A program made the position numbers and the translations under genes. Positions 1 to 12,148 of a stretch of 64,000 nucleotides of DNA are shown here, piece by piece. Source of the stretch: Tubiluchus corallicola (taxonomy: Eukaryota; Animalia; Priapulida); assembly GCA_030141605.1 (NCBI GenBank), contig JAQGDQ010000056.1, positions 496,001-560,000 on the forward strand. The letters run 5' to 3'. The notes below the pieces were generated by a model. It was not told where the DNA came from. It saw only the letters and a list, made by a program, of their open reading frames with translations, and ran no database searches. Each line of letters opens with the position of its first letter. The first letter of the stretch is position 1.

Positions 1-2418
1 CCATGCTTCGCAGGGTTTTGGGGCTTAACCAGACTCTTCACATAGCACTTAACTGAAATCCGAGGATGGCATTATGTGAAAGGTCCAGTTAACCCCAGAA
101 ACCTGGTGAAACATGATAACTGCTGATGAATGCTTGTCTAGTTAACGCAGAGATTCACTTGAAGTAATTGAGGCTTGCTTTGTACTTTCTATCTGGAAAT
201 TGGAACATGTGGTAAAATTCACATGTAGTATCTTAAAAGCTAACACAGATAGTACACCAAAACAAACAGATAAACAAATAAGGAACGATGTGAACTAGTA
301 TCAAATCAATAAATGTGTTGCTGTGCATTCATATCAGTTATTGTAAATTGCACTGCAAAGCCTAAATTGTGACAGAAAATATACGTTGCGACATTAAATT
401 AAGATATCTAAATGTAGGTAATAGACACCAGGTAGGTGAACTGCTATATTTACGATCAACAGGTGTGTTATGTTAACACACGATTGTGCTAATGCTAGAC
501 AGTTGAATATAGTAAAGAAAAATTCACTGAATTGTGTGGAAATACATAGTCATAAAATTACACAATCATTGCTTTTCAGTGTATCACATTCTTAAGTGGC
601 ATTGCATAAAAATATTTTGTAGTGAGCATTACAATGGTGCTGTCAGCTAACAAAATAAGTCTGAATTGGTGGTCTATTGGTTGAGGGCCTCACTGGGGAT
701 ACAAAATCTGACTCTGTCAGTAGATGTGAAATTTGTTCTAGTATACTTGTTCACAGGTTTAAGTTTATGTTTAGCTTCTTGGGTGTTTTTAAAAAATGAC
801 TTCATTGCCACCATCTTGAATTCAAATTGGAAAATGAACAATCTGAATTCATTCTGGTATTTTCCTATTAAATTTCATGATGATCCGATGCAAATTGGTG
901 GAGCCTAGGCTTTTTTCAAAAACAATATAATTGCTGCCAGTTCTAAGTCCGACCCTGACGGTTGATTCCTACATAGTTTCATGATGACACACTATGAATT
1001 GGTGGAGCCTTCAAAAAGGTCAACCCCTAATAACAACGAGAACAACATGTCATGCAGATGTATGGCGATTTGGAATGGGCCCTCGACCAAAAATCGGCTT
1101 GAGAATGCTGCAACAGCTGATCAAGCATGGCGCTACAGTCTGTGAAATTTGGCAATTTCAAATAATTAATCACAGTTGATTAAATCAAAATTTTCAAATA
1201 ATCACTTTTAATATGATAACGCTCCACAAAGCAGGTATGCAGTAGGGGTAAGAGACAGCAGGCAAACAATTTACAGTCTTTGGGGCAAACATTTCCATAT
1301 TTTTGTTGCAGACACTACAATTTAGTTGGAACTATATAACTGCAAAATGCACTAAATACATTTTCTCCTATGTATACATATATAGCACAATATACTATTA
1401 GATGAATTACGTTTTCATTTCCAGTAACTTGGCTGTCATTGATATATTTATCTTGTTACTTTTACTTTTTTTAATATCCTGTATCCAGGTGAGCAATACC
1501 TTGACCACCTTGACTCGGTTGAGCTAATGTAAATAATATAAAACATTGATTAAACACAGCCCATCACGATGTTTACACTCCAGTGAATTACAGAGAAATA
1601 CCGATCACTGTGCCAAGAAACACAATCGTTTGTTATTATACTTCGGGGAAAGGATTAAATTCAAAAATTGCTTCAAGTCATCTAAAATTTTAATAAAAAG
1701 GGAAGACGAAACAAATTTCATAACAGCAATCATGTTACAACGTGACAGATTGTGAATCACCTGAGACTTATAATGTAGGATATTAGATTAAATAATTTTG
1801 TTGATACCCAAAGAAAATTTGCTTTAGCTTCACTATATAAAAATTGCAATTACAGTATAAACACACTAGACATAGTCAAAGCTTGAAAATGCACTTCATA
1901 TTCAATACACAAACTCAAGACATGGTGGATGTTATTAAGGAATGAGACACTTGATTTACGATGTTAAACGCTAACCCTTGAGTAAAAGAATTGCATACAC
2001 AATTATATACAGCTAAGAAAACTTGCCAAAAACTCAATGTTTATATTTAGCTGCACATATTTATCCAATTTTGGAAAAACTGAGGAAGAATCAAGTAAAT
2101 GGGTACCATTTCCTATCAAAATTCCTGGGGAAGGCACTACATCCCCACGTGACGTACTCAGGATCTGCATCTATGTCCAATAGTACATTAGGATACGACT
2201 TTTTAGTGTAAAAACTATTGTTAGTCAAGAGAACCCACCTCTGCACTATGACAACTGTTTTGAAAAAAAAATCGCAGTTCAATCCCTTCGGAATTCGTAG
2301 GCAAATGCAATGATTTAAAGTCAATATTTCTGCATTTCACAGATGAACAAGATCAATTAAACCTCTCCTTGTTGACAAATCAATCCCAATTCTTATCTAA
2401 CAAACCGTAACAGTTGAC

Positions 2419-2427
2419 TATATATAA
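2419..2427 (+). promoter_or_regulatory. Putative TATA box of gene A
   Basis: TATATATAA about 60 nt upstream of the signal-peptide ATG at 2488. Confidence 0.45.
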
Positions 2428-2487
2428 TACACATAGGCTGACTTCTTGTTTAGGTGAATAATGTTTGAAGACTACGTCTAAGTAAAA

Positions 2488-5400
2488 ATGAAACTGATAA
2501 CTGCAACGATATTCATCATTGCCAGCCACAGCTGGACTGCAGAGGGTCAAAGTATGTACTGTTTAACTTTTCTTAGTCTGGTTTCAAAGTAAAATGCGAC
2601 TGCAGAAATTATAAATTAATTTATAAACAATGAGCAGACAATTAATGGATCCTTTTTTGTATCTAAAAAAACATTACTAAAAAACAAAGGTATACTATGT
2701 ACCAGGTGGTAAAATGATTCTAAAAAATTGCTATAAATCAGTGAGAATGTACATAACAAACTACATTACAAAAACATTGTAAAAATACAATAAAGACGTG
2801 AATATTTTATTACATGACACAAACAAAACACGGATGCCTCTGTGATAATTTTGCTGAAATTGTTGTTAGAATGTTACTGCATGTATAAGTCGTACTTCAG
2901 ATATCTAACATTTAATACTACAGGCCACAGTGGTACCTGTCCGGATCTTAGTAGCGTATTCTATTGTCCTGCAACAGAAGGATGCATCCGTGACCAAGAC
3001 TGTGAACAGGATGAGAAATGTTGCGATGCCCCAGGTGCATGTCGTGACATTCTGAAAATCTGTTCTAAAGCTGACACATCTGGAGCAACTGCAGGTACGT
3101 AAAGAGGCTGCATGCAATTGCCTATTATTTCAATAATGCAGTGTACATCAGTTTTGCTGGACAAATTTGCAGAAATTCATAGTCAAATCACGCTATATTT
3201 TATCAAATGTTGAAACATTTTTTTCAGGGTCCTTGAATGGAAGATGCAGTAAGGGATTTCCACTGCGCCGTAATGGAGGATTAGTTTATTGTGGACGGTA
3301 CAATCAATGTCCCTCTGGTTACTTCTGTGATATAAAAGGACCAGCTGACGGGCGGGCTTTCTGCTGTTCAAAAAGTGCCCAAGATCAAACATGCACTAAT
3401 AATCCAATTCTGAGCTGGCTTTTGGTGTTAATAAGTAGTATGTAGTTTTACCTACTGCATGACATTTCAAAATAGAGTTGGCGAGAATTTCATTTTAGTT
3501 TAGACATGGAAACAATGAGATAGAAATCCGCATTTGCATTTGCAGGTCAAAATGCACCTATTCAAGAAACATGTGACAGCGGAATACCACTTAGGCAGAA
3601 TGGAAACTTAATTCGTTGTGGAGGCCCTAATAATTTGTGTCCCCCTGGATACAACTGCCATCAATCAGGATCTGCAGATGGACAAGGCCTTTGCTGTTCA
3701 GGTTTTCAGTCAACATGTAAGTAATGTGAAATATTAATACTGAGCAAGTTAACTTAAATAAAACAAGTCTTTGAAACTCTAACAATGTTATCTCATGTAT
3801 AATTTAATATAGCTCCTCAACAGCCTGGACAAGGTCAGTGTACAAGTGGCACACCATTGAGACGAAATGGTGCATTAGTTTACTGTAGCCCGCTCAACAG
3901 ATGTCCTAGTGGTTATTACTGTGGCACATCACAACCTGGTGACAGAAGAGCAATCTGCTGTTCAGGGACAGGTAAGAAAAAACATCTTCTGTAATCTAGT
4001 GAGAAACAGATAGCAAATACAGTGTCATTTCAACAAGCAACCACCATCTATAGATTTTTGCTATAGCTTTCTTTGATAACTGACCATAATAAATTATGAA
4101 TGTTAGTAACAAAATATCAAAAAGATCTAATGAATAATACACAGACATACGCACTACAGTGGCTAGTCTTTAGAAATCAGATGCTTAGGCAGACAGTCTG
4201 CATGTGTTTTGGGCGTGTGTACAGAACTTATAGATCCTATGAGCAAATACACCCATATGGTATTAAAACGCCTTATTTTCATAGGTCGTACGCAACAAGG
4301 GCAGTGTACTAGGGGCAGTCCACTCATTGACCAAAGTGGTCAGTATGTCTACTGTGGTGGTATTCGCAGCACTAACAGATGTCCAAGTGGGTACTACTGT
4401 GACCAAACAGGCCCGATTGATGGACGGCCAAAGTGTTGCTCAGATGATAATAACAATCTGTGTAAGCTTTCAAATTGGAGATAAAATTCCCAAATTTCAT
4501 CGCTTATAAGATGATATAACTTATAAATGTGTAGTTACAATTCAATACAACCACATTTTTAAATTTTTTATCTTTTTAAACTCAGCAGTAAGACAGCAGA
4601 TGGCAACATGCAATTCTGGCATTGCACTAAGAAGAGGCGGCAATCTTGTCTATTGTGGTGGGACTAACTTGTGCCCAACTGGGTATCACTGCGAAACTGG
4701 ACATTCTGATGATGGTCAATCATATTGCTGCTCAGGACCTGCGTCTTCACAACCATTTGGTAATTATATTATTATTTCTGACATTTTTAAGGGTAACAGT
4801 TTCATTCATTTCCATCTGTAAAACTTTTACAGTCTGCAGGCTGCAACGGTAGAGTATCAACAAATGCCAAACTCCGAGAATTTGAAAAACAGAGAAAAGA
4901 AACATTACCCTTTTAAACAAATAAGATCCACTTTTATTGGATAATAGGTATGGTGTTTTTAAAGAAAAACGTTATTAAAGAAAAATGGAGAAAATTGCAA
5001 GTTACAATTGTAGAAAAAATGCCAATTAACTGCGAATCTAAACTGCAATCCCAAACAGAATTCATCATAACATATATTACAACAAGTCATAAAGTCATAA
5101 CAAGTTCTTCTGGAACATTTAAAAATGGCCCAGCATTTACTTAATGTGCTGGGTTTGGGAATTCTGCATAGAGTATAATAATAATTTCCATCACTGTTAA
5201 CGAACAATCTTTTTCATTACATCTGAAGTAATGATTATGTATTTCTCTAGATTCACAAGAACTAGATCGACAGTGCTCATCAGGACTACCACTAAGAAGA
5301 AACAGAAATCTGGTTTATTGTGGCGGAACATTGAATACATGTCCTACCGGATACTACTGTGATATTGGACCTGCAGATGGCAGATCATTTTGTTGCTCAG

Positions 5401-6055
5401 GATCTGGTGGTGCAAATACCCTGATCAGTACGTACTGAAAGTATTGGCACAAGTAATAGAAATAGATTCTGAAACAATTAAGTGAAAGACTCGGTAGTTT
5501 GTTATGTGAATGTTCTCAAACTTTCTCTGCATTTTTGTCTGTCTTTAGAAGAAAATTATTTCTGCTACCTCTATAAAAATTTCATCAGTTTAGCTTCAGT
5601 GCAAGTCTGCCATTATTACAATTAATGCGCAAAGAAATGTGCCCTTTTAAAGAATGATAATGTGCGATGTTTTGCCATTCATTTTAAATGTTCCACGTTG
5701 CTTAAAAAATGTAGGCAAGTAACGCATAGCATGTTAAACGTGTTATTTTAGAATTTACCATCTCATATCACTGCAATCAGTAGTATTTAAGTGAAAAACA
5801 GTCGAAGTAAACAAGTACAAATATGAGATCATTAACCACAATTTTGTTGCAGGAAACAGTCAATTGAATGCACCCTGTAACTCTGGCACTGCACTGCAGA
5901 GAGGCAATAACTTAGTGTACTGTGGAGGGACAAACCAATGTCCTATAGGAAGTCACTGTGAAACAGGACGTTTTGATGATGGACGATCATATTGCTGTAC
6001 CGGAAGCTCACAGTCAAATCAAATAGGAGCTATGACATACAGACAGTTCTTTTAA
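2488..6055 (+). CDS. Gene A: secreted WAP + 7x Lustrin-type cysteine-rich (WR1/DC-like) protein, about 501 aa, 9 exons: 2488-2551, 2924-3094, 3228-3437 (3' end uncertain), 3546-3716, 3813-3971, 4285-4461, 4586-4759, 5251-5427, 5853-6055
   Basis: Exon 1 MKLITATIFIIASHSWTAEGQ is signal-peptide-like and ends at gtatgt. Exon 2 is an 8-Cys WAP (CPDLSSVFYCPATEGC..DC....KCCDAPGAC....IC). Exons 3-9 each encode C..G.PL......V.CG....CP.GY.C......D....CC. All introns are GT-AG phase 1; joined length 1506 nt, in frame to TAA 6053-6055. Confidence 0.85.
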
Positions 6056-6150
6056 AATCAAAAATTCAGAATACACTTAGTTTTAGTGATCAGGTGTTAT
6101 TTCATTACAATACACAATAACAGTTTGTAAGTCATTGGCAATTGAAATAC

Positions 6151-6156
6151 AATAAA
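6151..6156 (+). terminator. Putative polyadenylation signal of gene A
   Basis: AATAAA about 95 nt after the stop codon. Confidence 0.4.
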
Positions 6157-6270
6157 CTGATTGTCTGAAAACATCATAATAGAAGGAATTAATATCACTG
6201 TAATTAAATACTAAAATATTTAATGGACCAACAGAACGTGAATTATGTGAGCGGGCTTTAACAGCCCCAC

Positions 6271-7150
6271 CCCCCACCCCATGCAGGCAGATTTCAGTTA
6301 AATTTATTCATTTAATTTATGTTGGAATTTTGAAAAACATAAACAAGAAGAGAGTATCTCCCAAATTCAGCTAAGTCAACATTTTGATACAAGGGTACAA
6401 GGCTAATTATAATCAAGCATCCCACATATGAAGAAAAACAAAGGTAGCTGCTTAATGAAATTCGTGACCGTTCTCTTACAGAAATGATAAACCAGTGCCA
6501 TCATTTATTTATATAAAGTGCCTGGAAGAATAATAAAATAGCAAGATTTTCATTACACTTGAGATAACACTAAGCCAGGTTTGACGGGAAGTTAAAAAGG
6601 TAAGACTTTCATCCAGTCAACTGTAACTGTGTTAACATGTGAAATTCTAAAGGCAAATAGACAACTTGGCAAATAGTCAAGTGGGAAATGTTCAAACAAA
6701 CAAAACAAAAGAACACCAGAGAATTTATTGTTGTCAAAAATGTATTTAAATATAAACAGGATTTCTGGGAAAAGTTACTGAAATAATTTCAATTTAAGAA
6801 GAAATGGTCCACTAGTCTAACAAAACAAGAACACATACTTAAAAGCAGCACAAATGGCAAGTCTCACAAAACTGGCTCATCCCCAAACAAACCAAAAGGC
6901 TGCATTAGAAACCTATCATTTTTGTGAGTACTATTAAAAGATCTTTGATGGTATACTGAAATCTCATCTTCTCATACTTGTGTATTGATCTTTAGCAACA
7001 TGGCTTTTTTCGTGTATTGTTTGTTACTGAGTGGATGTCTTATTTTCGGAGAAGGTAAGCATTTTTTGAATATTATGCAATGTATGACCCCCACCCCATG
7101 CAGGCAGATTTCAGTTAAATTTATTCATTTAATTTATGTTGGAATTTTGA
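6271..7150 (+). repeat. 63-bp exact dispersed direct repeat (6271-6333 and 7088-7150)
   Basis: cccccaccccatgcaggcagatttcagttaaatttattcatttaatttatgttggaattttga occurs twice, identical. Confidence 0.9.
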
Positions 7151-10100
7151 TCTATGTATGCAGGTACTCAATTAATTAAAAAATTCGGTGGCACGTTGTT
7201 TATCATTTAGGAAAAAGCTCTCAAATTTTCCAAGTTGATGTAACTGAACTAAGTCCCGAAAGAATTAAAGCACGTCCTCCAAACTCATTGCTATCACATA
7301 CATTTTAGTGCAATTATTTTATTGTATTTCTAAAAACAACAAGATGGCAAAATTTTAAAAAATAATTTATCTACTATTACTATCATTAGAGAAAGAAACT
7401 GACAAAACAAGATGTGATAATAGTGGTGACCAGTTGGGTACAATATCTTTGAACGTACCTTAGGGTAGCCAGCATACAGAAATTGTTGAACTGGACAATA
7501 TTTGCTAAAGATAATTTGAATGTCTGTTTAAGTAGTCAATTGACAAAATTAATGTAGGACAGGTCTGTTAAATGCAGGTGTAACATGAGAAATTGTTTTT
7601 TTCTCCTAGGTATTATGCTACCCTACTCTTCTAGTATGCTCAGAAATAATTTTATTAAAAGTACACGTAAACGAGAAATTGTTTTTTTCTCCTAGGTATT
7701 ATGCTACCCTACTCTTCTAGTATGCTCAGAAATAATTTTATTAAAAGTACATGTAAACAACTACCTTTACAAATTTACATAGACACATTATACTTCAGAG
7801 ACAATAACTAACAGCAAAATTACTATTACTGTAGTGATCACTGCAATAATTATAATTACCGGCTCATAATATGTTTAAGTAATTCTTACTTATTTCAGCT
7901 GCGAGGAGAGAATGTCCAAACTTGTCTGGAGTGTTCTACTGTCCAGCAACACATGGCTGCAGAAGAGATTACCACTGCCCAAGAAACCAGAAATGTTGTG
8001 ATGCACCAGGTTCCTGTTTAGCACAAGGCTTTCAAAAAATCTGTGCCGATGTAGATGGCGGCTCTTACCAAACTACAACATCCAGTAAGAGCATAGCTGC
8101 ACGTTTTTCAGTGTGCTTCAATCGAAGAAAACACTTAATTTTTGTTAATTTTTCACAAAGCTCATCAGAATAATCTTGTATGTTAAAATAGAGGAATTTT
8201 AAGCCCTGTAAACACAAATGTTGACTAGCCTTTAACTCAAGATTAGTATTAATGAAACATTAAGAAACTAAATGATTTATTATAGAACCCCAACCAGCTG
8301 AAGAATGCAGCAGAGGGAAACCATTCACAGATCCCAATGGCCAATATGTTCACTGTGGTAGTCATTCCGCATGTCCATTCGGTTATCATTGTGACACATC
8401 AGGACCTGCTGATGCAGCTTCAATTTGCTGCACAGGCTTTGCTTACACCACCAGTACCACCACGACAGCAACAACAAGTGAGACCAATTCTTATTTTATT
8501 TTCTAATATGACAAAAAAAAAATTTGATCATCATTCTGAAATAATTTTTGGAAATAAAAAAACAGAATCCTTTAGTTGTATATTCTATTATAACATTAAC
8601 CAAGGTGGTGAGTACAGCGAGTACAGCCATAGTATAAGTCTGGCATACATAGATGCATATGGCATCTATAGTCAGCAGTCATAATACAAGTGTTATATTA
8701 AGATTGGTACTAAAACTAAGTGCAGATAGTATTGCTTTTATTCTACAACACAACAGTGTTAAAAAGATCCTTTAAACTAAGCTGTATTGTTCTGAGTGTA
8801 TTCAGAGTTTTAGAAAAACACTATAATCTGTTTTAGACAAAAATTGAATCTAGGTGAGATGAATCATTTTATGAGTGAATTTAAGAACAACTATAAAATG
8901 CAGTTTTTAATGCAGAGATTCAAGAAGTGTAAACTTACATACATCTTAAATCTCTACATCAAACTACAATAACTCTTATGTGCGATACCTCGAAAAAATA
9001 AAAACTTATTACAGACTATTATGCATAACCATTTTGACTTATTATATATATGTACATATAGGTGACAGCAGCAATGATAGATCATCACAAAAATACTGCA
9101 GTACTGTAATATATTATTGCAATGTTAATATATTACAGCTAAATTACAGTTTAGCAATTTCATGCTTATTTCAGCTGCAAGTAGAGAATGTCCAAATTTG
9201 TCTGGAGTGTTCTACTGTCCAGCAACATATGCTTGCACTAGAGATTACCACTGCTCAAGAGGCCAGAAATGTTGTGATGCACCGCGATCCTGTTTAGCGC
9301 AAGGCTTCCAGAAAATCTGTGCCGATGCGGATGGTGGTAGCTCCTACCAAACCACGACATCAAGTAAGAGTTAAATGTTTAAGTGTGTTTCAAACACTGA
9401 AGCTTCACTTACAATACAAAATGGATTCGTCGAACATAATTAAACTACCAACTCTAAATTTTCGTGTCATCACTTTATGTAATCAAAACAAAAATCAAGG
9501 ATTTTAAGTTCTGCAAACAAAGCTTTGAATGGATGAATTCAAAACTGGCAGTAATTACAGTAGTTCTAACTAGCTAAGAAAAGAAATGCACCAGTGATTG
9601 TATTTCAGTTCTAAAAACTTATTAAAAGTAGACACAAGCTGCAATACCAACAAGAGTTCGCTGTGTTCAAGTAGCAGACCTCACAGTGCTTTGAATAAGA
9701 AAATCAATTAATAAATCCAGAAACATATATATATATATGTAAAGTTAAGTTATAACTACTAATTAACTAATTAACCAATTTAGCAAATTCATCGCAGATT
9801 CACTAAGTTGAAAGTTATCTTGAATAAATCAACCTCATCTCAAGAAGTCATTTCATCTAATTATTTACTATAGAACCCCAGCCAGCTGAAGAATGCAGCA
9901 GAGGGAAACCTTTCACAGATCCAAACGGTCAGTATGTCCACTGTGGTAGTCATTCCGCATGCCCATTCGGTTATCATTGTGATACTTCAGGACCTGCTGA
10001 TGCAGCTTCAATTTGTTGCTCCGGTTTTGCTTACACCACCAGTACTACTACCATCTCAACAACAAGTGAGCTCAATTTTTGTTTTAATTTCTAATGTGCC

Positions 10101-11699
10101 TCATAACTTAATCATCACACTGCAGTGATTTTTTGTGCAAAAGAGCAGAGCTATTAGTATTCTAAACTTTATTAAAACTTTAAGTAAGGTGAACAGCAAA
10201 GGTACAAAATATAATGTCACACTATTCTAGAATATTGCTAAAAGAACCTAAGCCAAATTGCTCTCTAGCTGATCCTGAATGTTAAGACGTTGGGGTCTGT
10301 TTACAGTTCTAGAACAACAGTGTTATCTGTTATGCCTTAAGAAACAGATAGATACCGAGCCTGATGCTGGTGAGAGATGCCTAAAATAAAATGGAGTACC
10401 ATGTATACCGAATTAATTGACAGCAGATATAACAAGTGATTATCTCTTTTCTGCACATACATTTACCTGTCAGAAATGTCATTTCTGACTGGTAAAGTCA
10501 AAGCTTTTTTGAACTAACTTCACAGATCAGCAATCATTAGCATTTCACTGTGCTGATGCATCTATCAGTTATTTACACCAAATTAGAGGATGACTTAATG
10601 AAAGAACAAAACCTTTGATTTATAAAACTTTTGTGCTTCTCCATTATATTTATGAATGTATGTTATATAATAATTCTTATGTTTGAAACATTGAAAAAAT
10701 AAACTTAATAAGGAACTATGCATTTTGACTCATTAAAGAGCTAACAGAAATTATAAAAATGAACAGTCCAGTAAACCAATAAGGAAACTTGCAAAGGCCC
10801 TGCAAAAAAATTCGCACATAAACCCACAATGACAAACCATACTACATCCAACACCCCACACCACCCACAGCACTGCACAAACATCACTCACAACACATCA
10901 CATCACCACACCCACCACACTACACCAACATTGCACACAACACACTGCCCACACAATACCACCCCACCAAACTACACACACCACATCATCCACGCCACAC
11001 CAGACTCACCACACGAAACCCACCACATCACATGGTGATCATAATGATAATGATGATGACAACACCAACAACATCAACACCAACAGAGAGCATCATAGTG
11101 AAACCTTGCAAAACATTTTGCACAAAATTGAAACTGTATGCTGAACAAAAGCTCTTAGACTCAACCACAAATGATCAATAATGCACGAACATTCTACAAG
11201 GGATGTGAAAATACATGTGGTAAGTTGTCAAAAACAAGTTTAAGTAAATTTTGATTCCAATAAATTGCTATTTCCAATTCTTTCTCTAAATTAGAAAAGA
11301 ATCCTTTATCAAAATACTGCATATACCAAAGGCATAACTAGCACACATAAAACAGCCAGAAATGCTTAAATATTCATAGTTAAGAAGAGTTAAAGAAATT
11401 TTCCATAGAATGAAAATTGTAACATTAGCTTTAAACTATTTGCTCATTTACAACATGTAAAACTAAAACCACTAAAAACCACTTCTAAACACCTGATTAT
11501 TTCATGTACTTTTTCTGTTTTAGCCACAAGGCGACCGCAACAAGAATGGTGCTATTCTGGGCAGCCTCTCTATTCAGGTGATAGCCTAGTATACTGCGGT
11601 ACCAACAAAAGATGTCCATTTGGCTATCATTGTGAAAGTGGGCACTACGATGATGGTAGATCATACTGTTGCACGGGTCGGGGACGGGCACGATTTTAG
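7000..11699 (+). CDS. Gene B: secreted WAP/Lustrin-type protein (SP-WAP-Lus-WAP-Lus-Lus, Thr-rich linkers), about 329 aa, 6 exons: 7000-7054, 7899-8084, 8286-8477, 9175-9363, 9874-10065, 11524-11699
   Basis: Exon 1 MAFFVYCLLLSGCLIFGE|gtaagc. Exons 2 and 4 are WAP (ECPNLSGVFYCPAT..C.RDYHC...QKCCDAP.SC). Exons 3 and 5 are Lustrin-type (ECSRGKPFTDPNGQYVHCGSHSACPFGYHCDTSGPADAASICC). Last exon is WCYSGQPLYSGDSLVYCGTNKRCPFGYHCESGHYDDGRSYCC ending TAG 11697-11699. All introns phase 1; 990 nt total. Confidence 0.87.
7587..7758. repeat. 86-bp tandem duplication in gene B intron 1
   Basis: 7587-7672 and 7673-7758 differ at one position (gtacacgtaaac vs gtacatgtaaac). Confidence 0.9.
10820..11090. repeat. 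Degenerate (CACAC)n / CA-rich low-complexity tract in gene B intron 5
   Basis: Runs of caccacac/cacaac followed by GAT/CAA triplets; explains the spurious His/Thr-rich ORF. Confidence 0.75.
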
Positions 11700-11824
11700 C
11701 TATAGTCTAGATAACTATCATTAGTGAATTAAATGCCTAGAAGAGCTTATTATTGCCAGAGCTAAGTTTTGTATAACGTCTAAAGTTTTGATGTAACCAT
11801 ACAGCTGAACGAAATTACGCAGAT

Positions 11825-11830
11825 AATAAA
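11825..11830 (+). terminator. Putative polyadenylation signal of gene B
   Basis: AATAAA about 125 nt after the stop codon. Confidence 0.45.
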
Positions 11831-12148
11831 ACATTTAAATTGTTGTCTGTCAAATTGTTATAATTTTTCAGTTCGCTTTGGTAATTTTTTAGCTGACAAT
11901 CCTTTGCAATGTGAAACATTTTCTAAATAACGAGGAAACAATTTGGCAAATCAGTTTATAGAACACAGTATCCAAATTACATATCGGCACGGCAATAGCA
12001 ATGCCAGCTAGCAGCGGAAGTAGTAGCAGCAGCAGCAGAAGGTACACACTATAAATGTACATGAGCAAGGAAAACACTGCAAAAATGGTCATCAGCATCA
12101 AATGTGGGTGCTAATAAGTTCAAATAATTTTAGAATTATATAACTTAC

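Noticed and set aside
116-2400. Next TTC6 exon, or short ORFs 666-908, 994-1179 and 2091-2324 as genes
   Set aside because: The candidate acceptors I checked hit stops in the required phase and no TPR or other motif was recognisable; a very short exon could still have been missed.
7587-7758. Short direct repeats (also 36319, 47690, 49620) as CRISPR-like arrays
   Set aside because: Eukaryotic context, only 2-3 adjacent units, no unique spacers and no cas genes.
10829-11038. His/Thr-rich 69-aa ORF as a metal-binding peptide or extra exon of gene B
   Set aside because: It is the translation of a degenerate CACAC repeat with no convincing acceptor/donor, and exons 5 and 6 already join in phase.
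11676-11699. Gene B C-terminus GRGRARF as an RFamide neuropeptide
   Set aside because: No C-terminal Gly amide donor and no precursor-like repeats.
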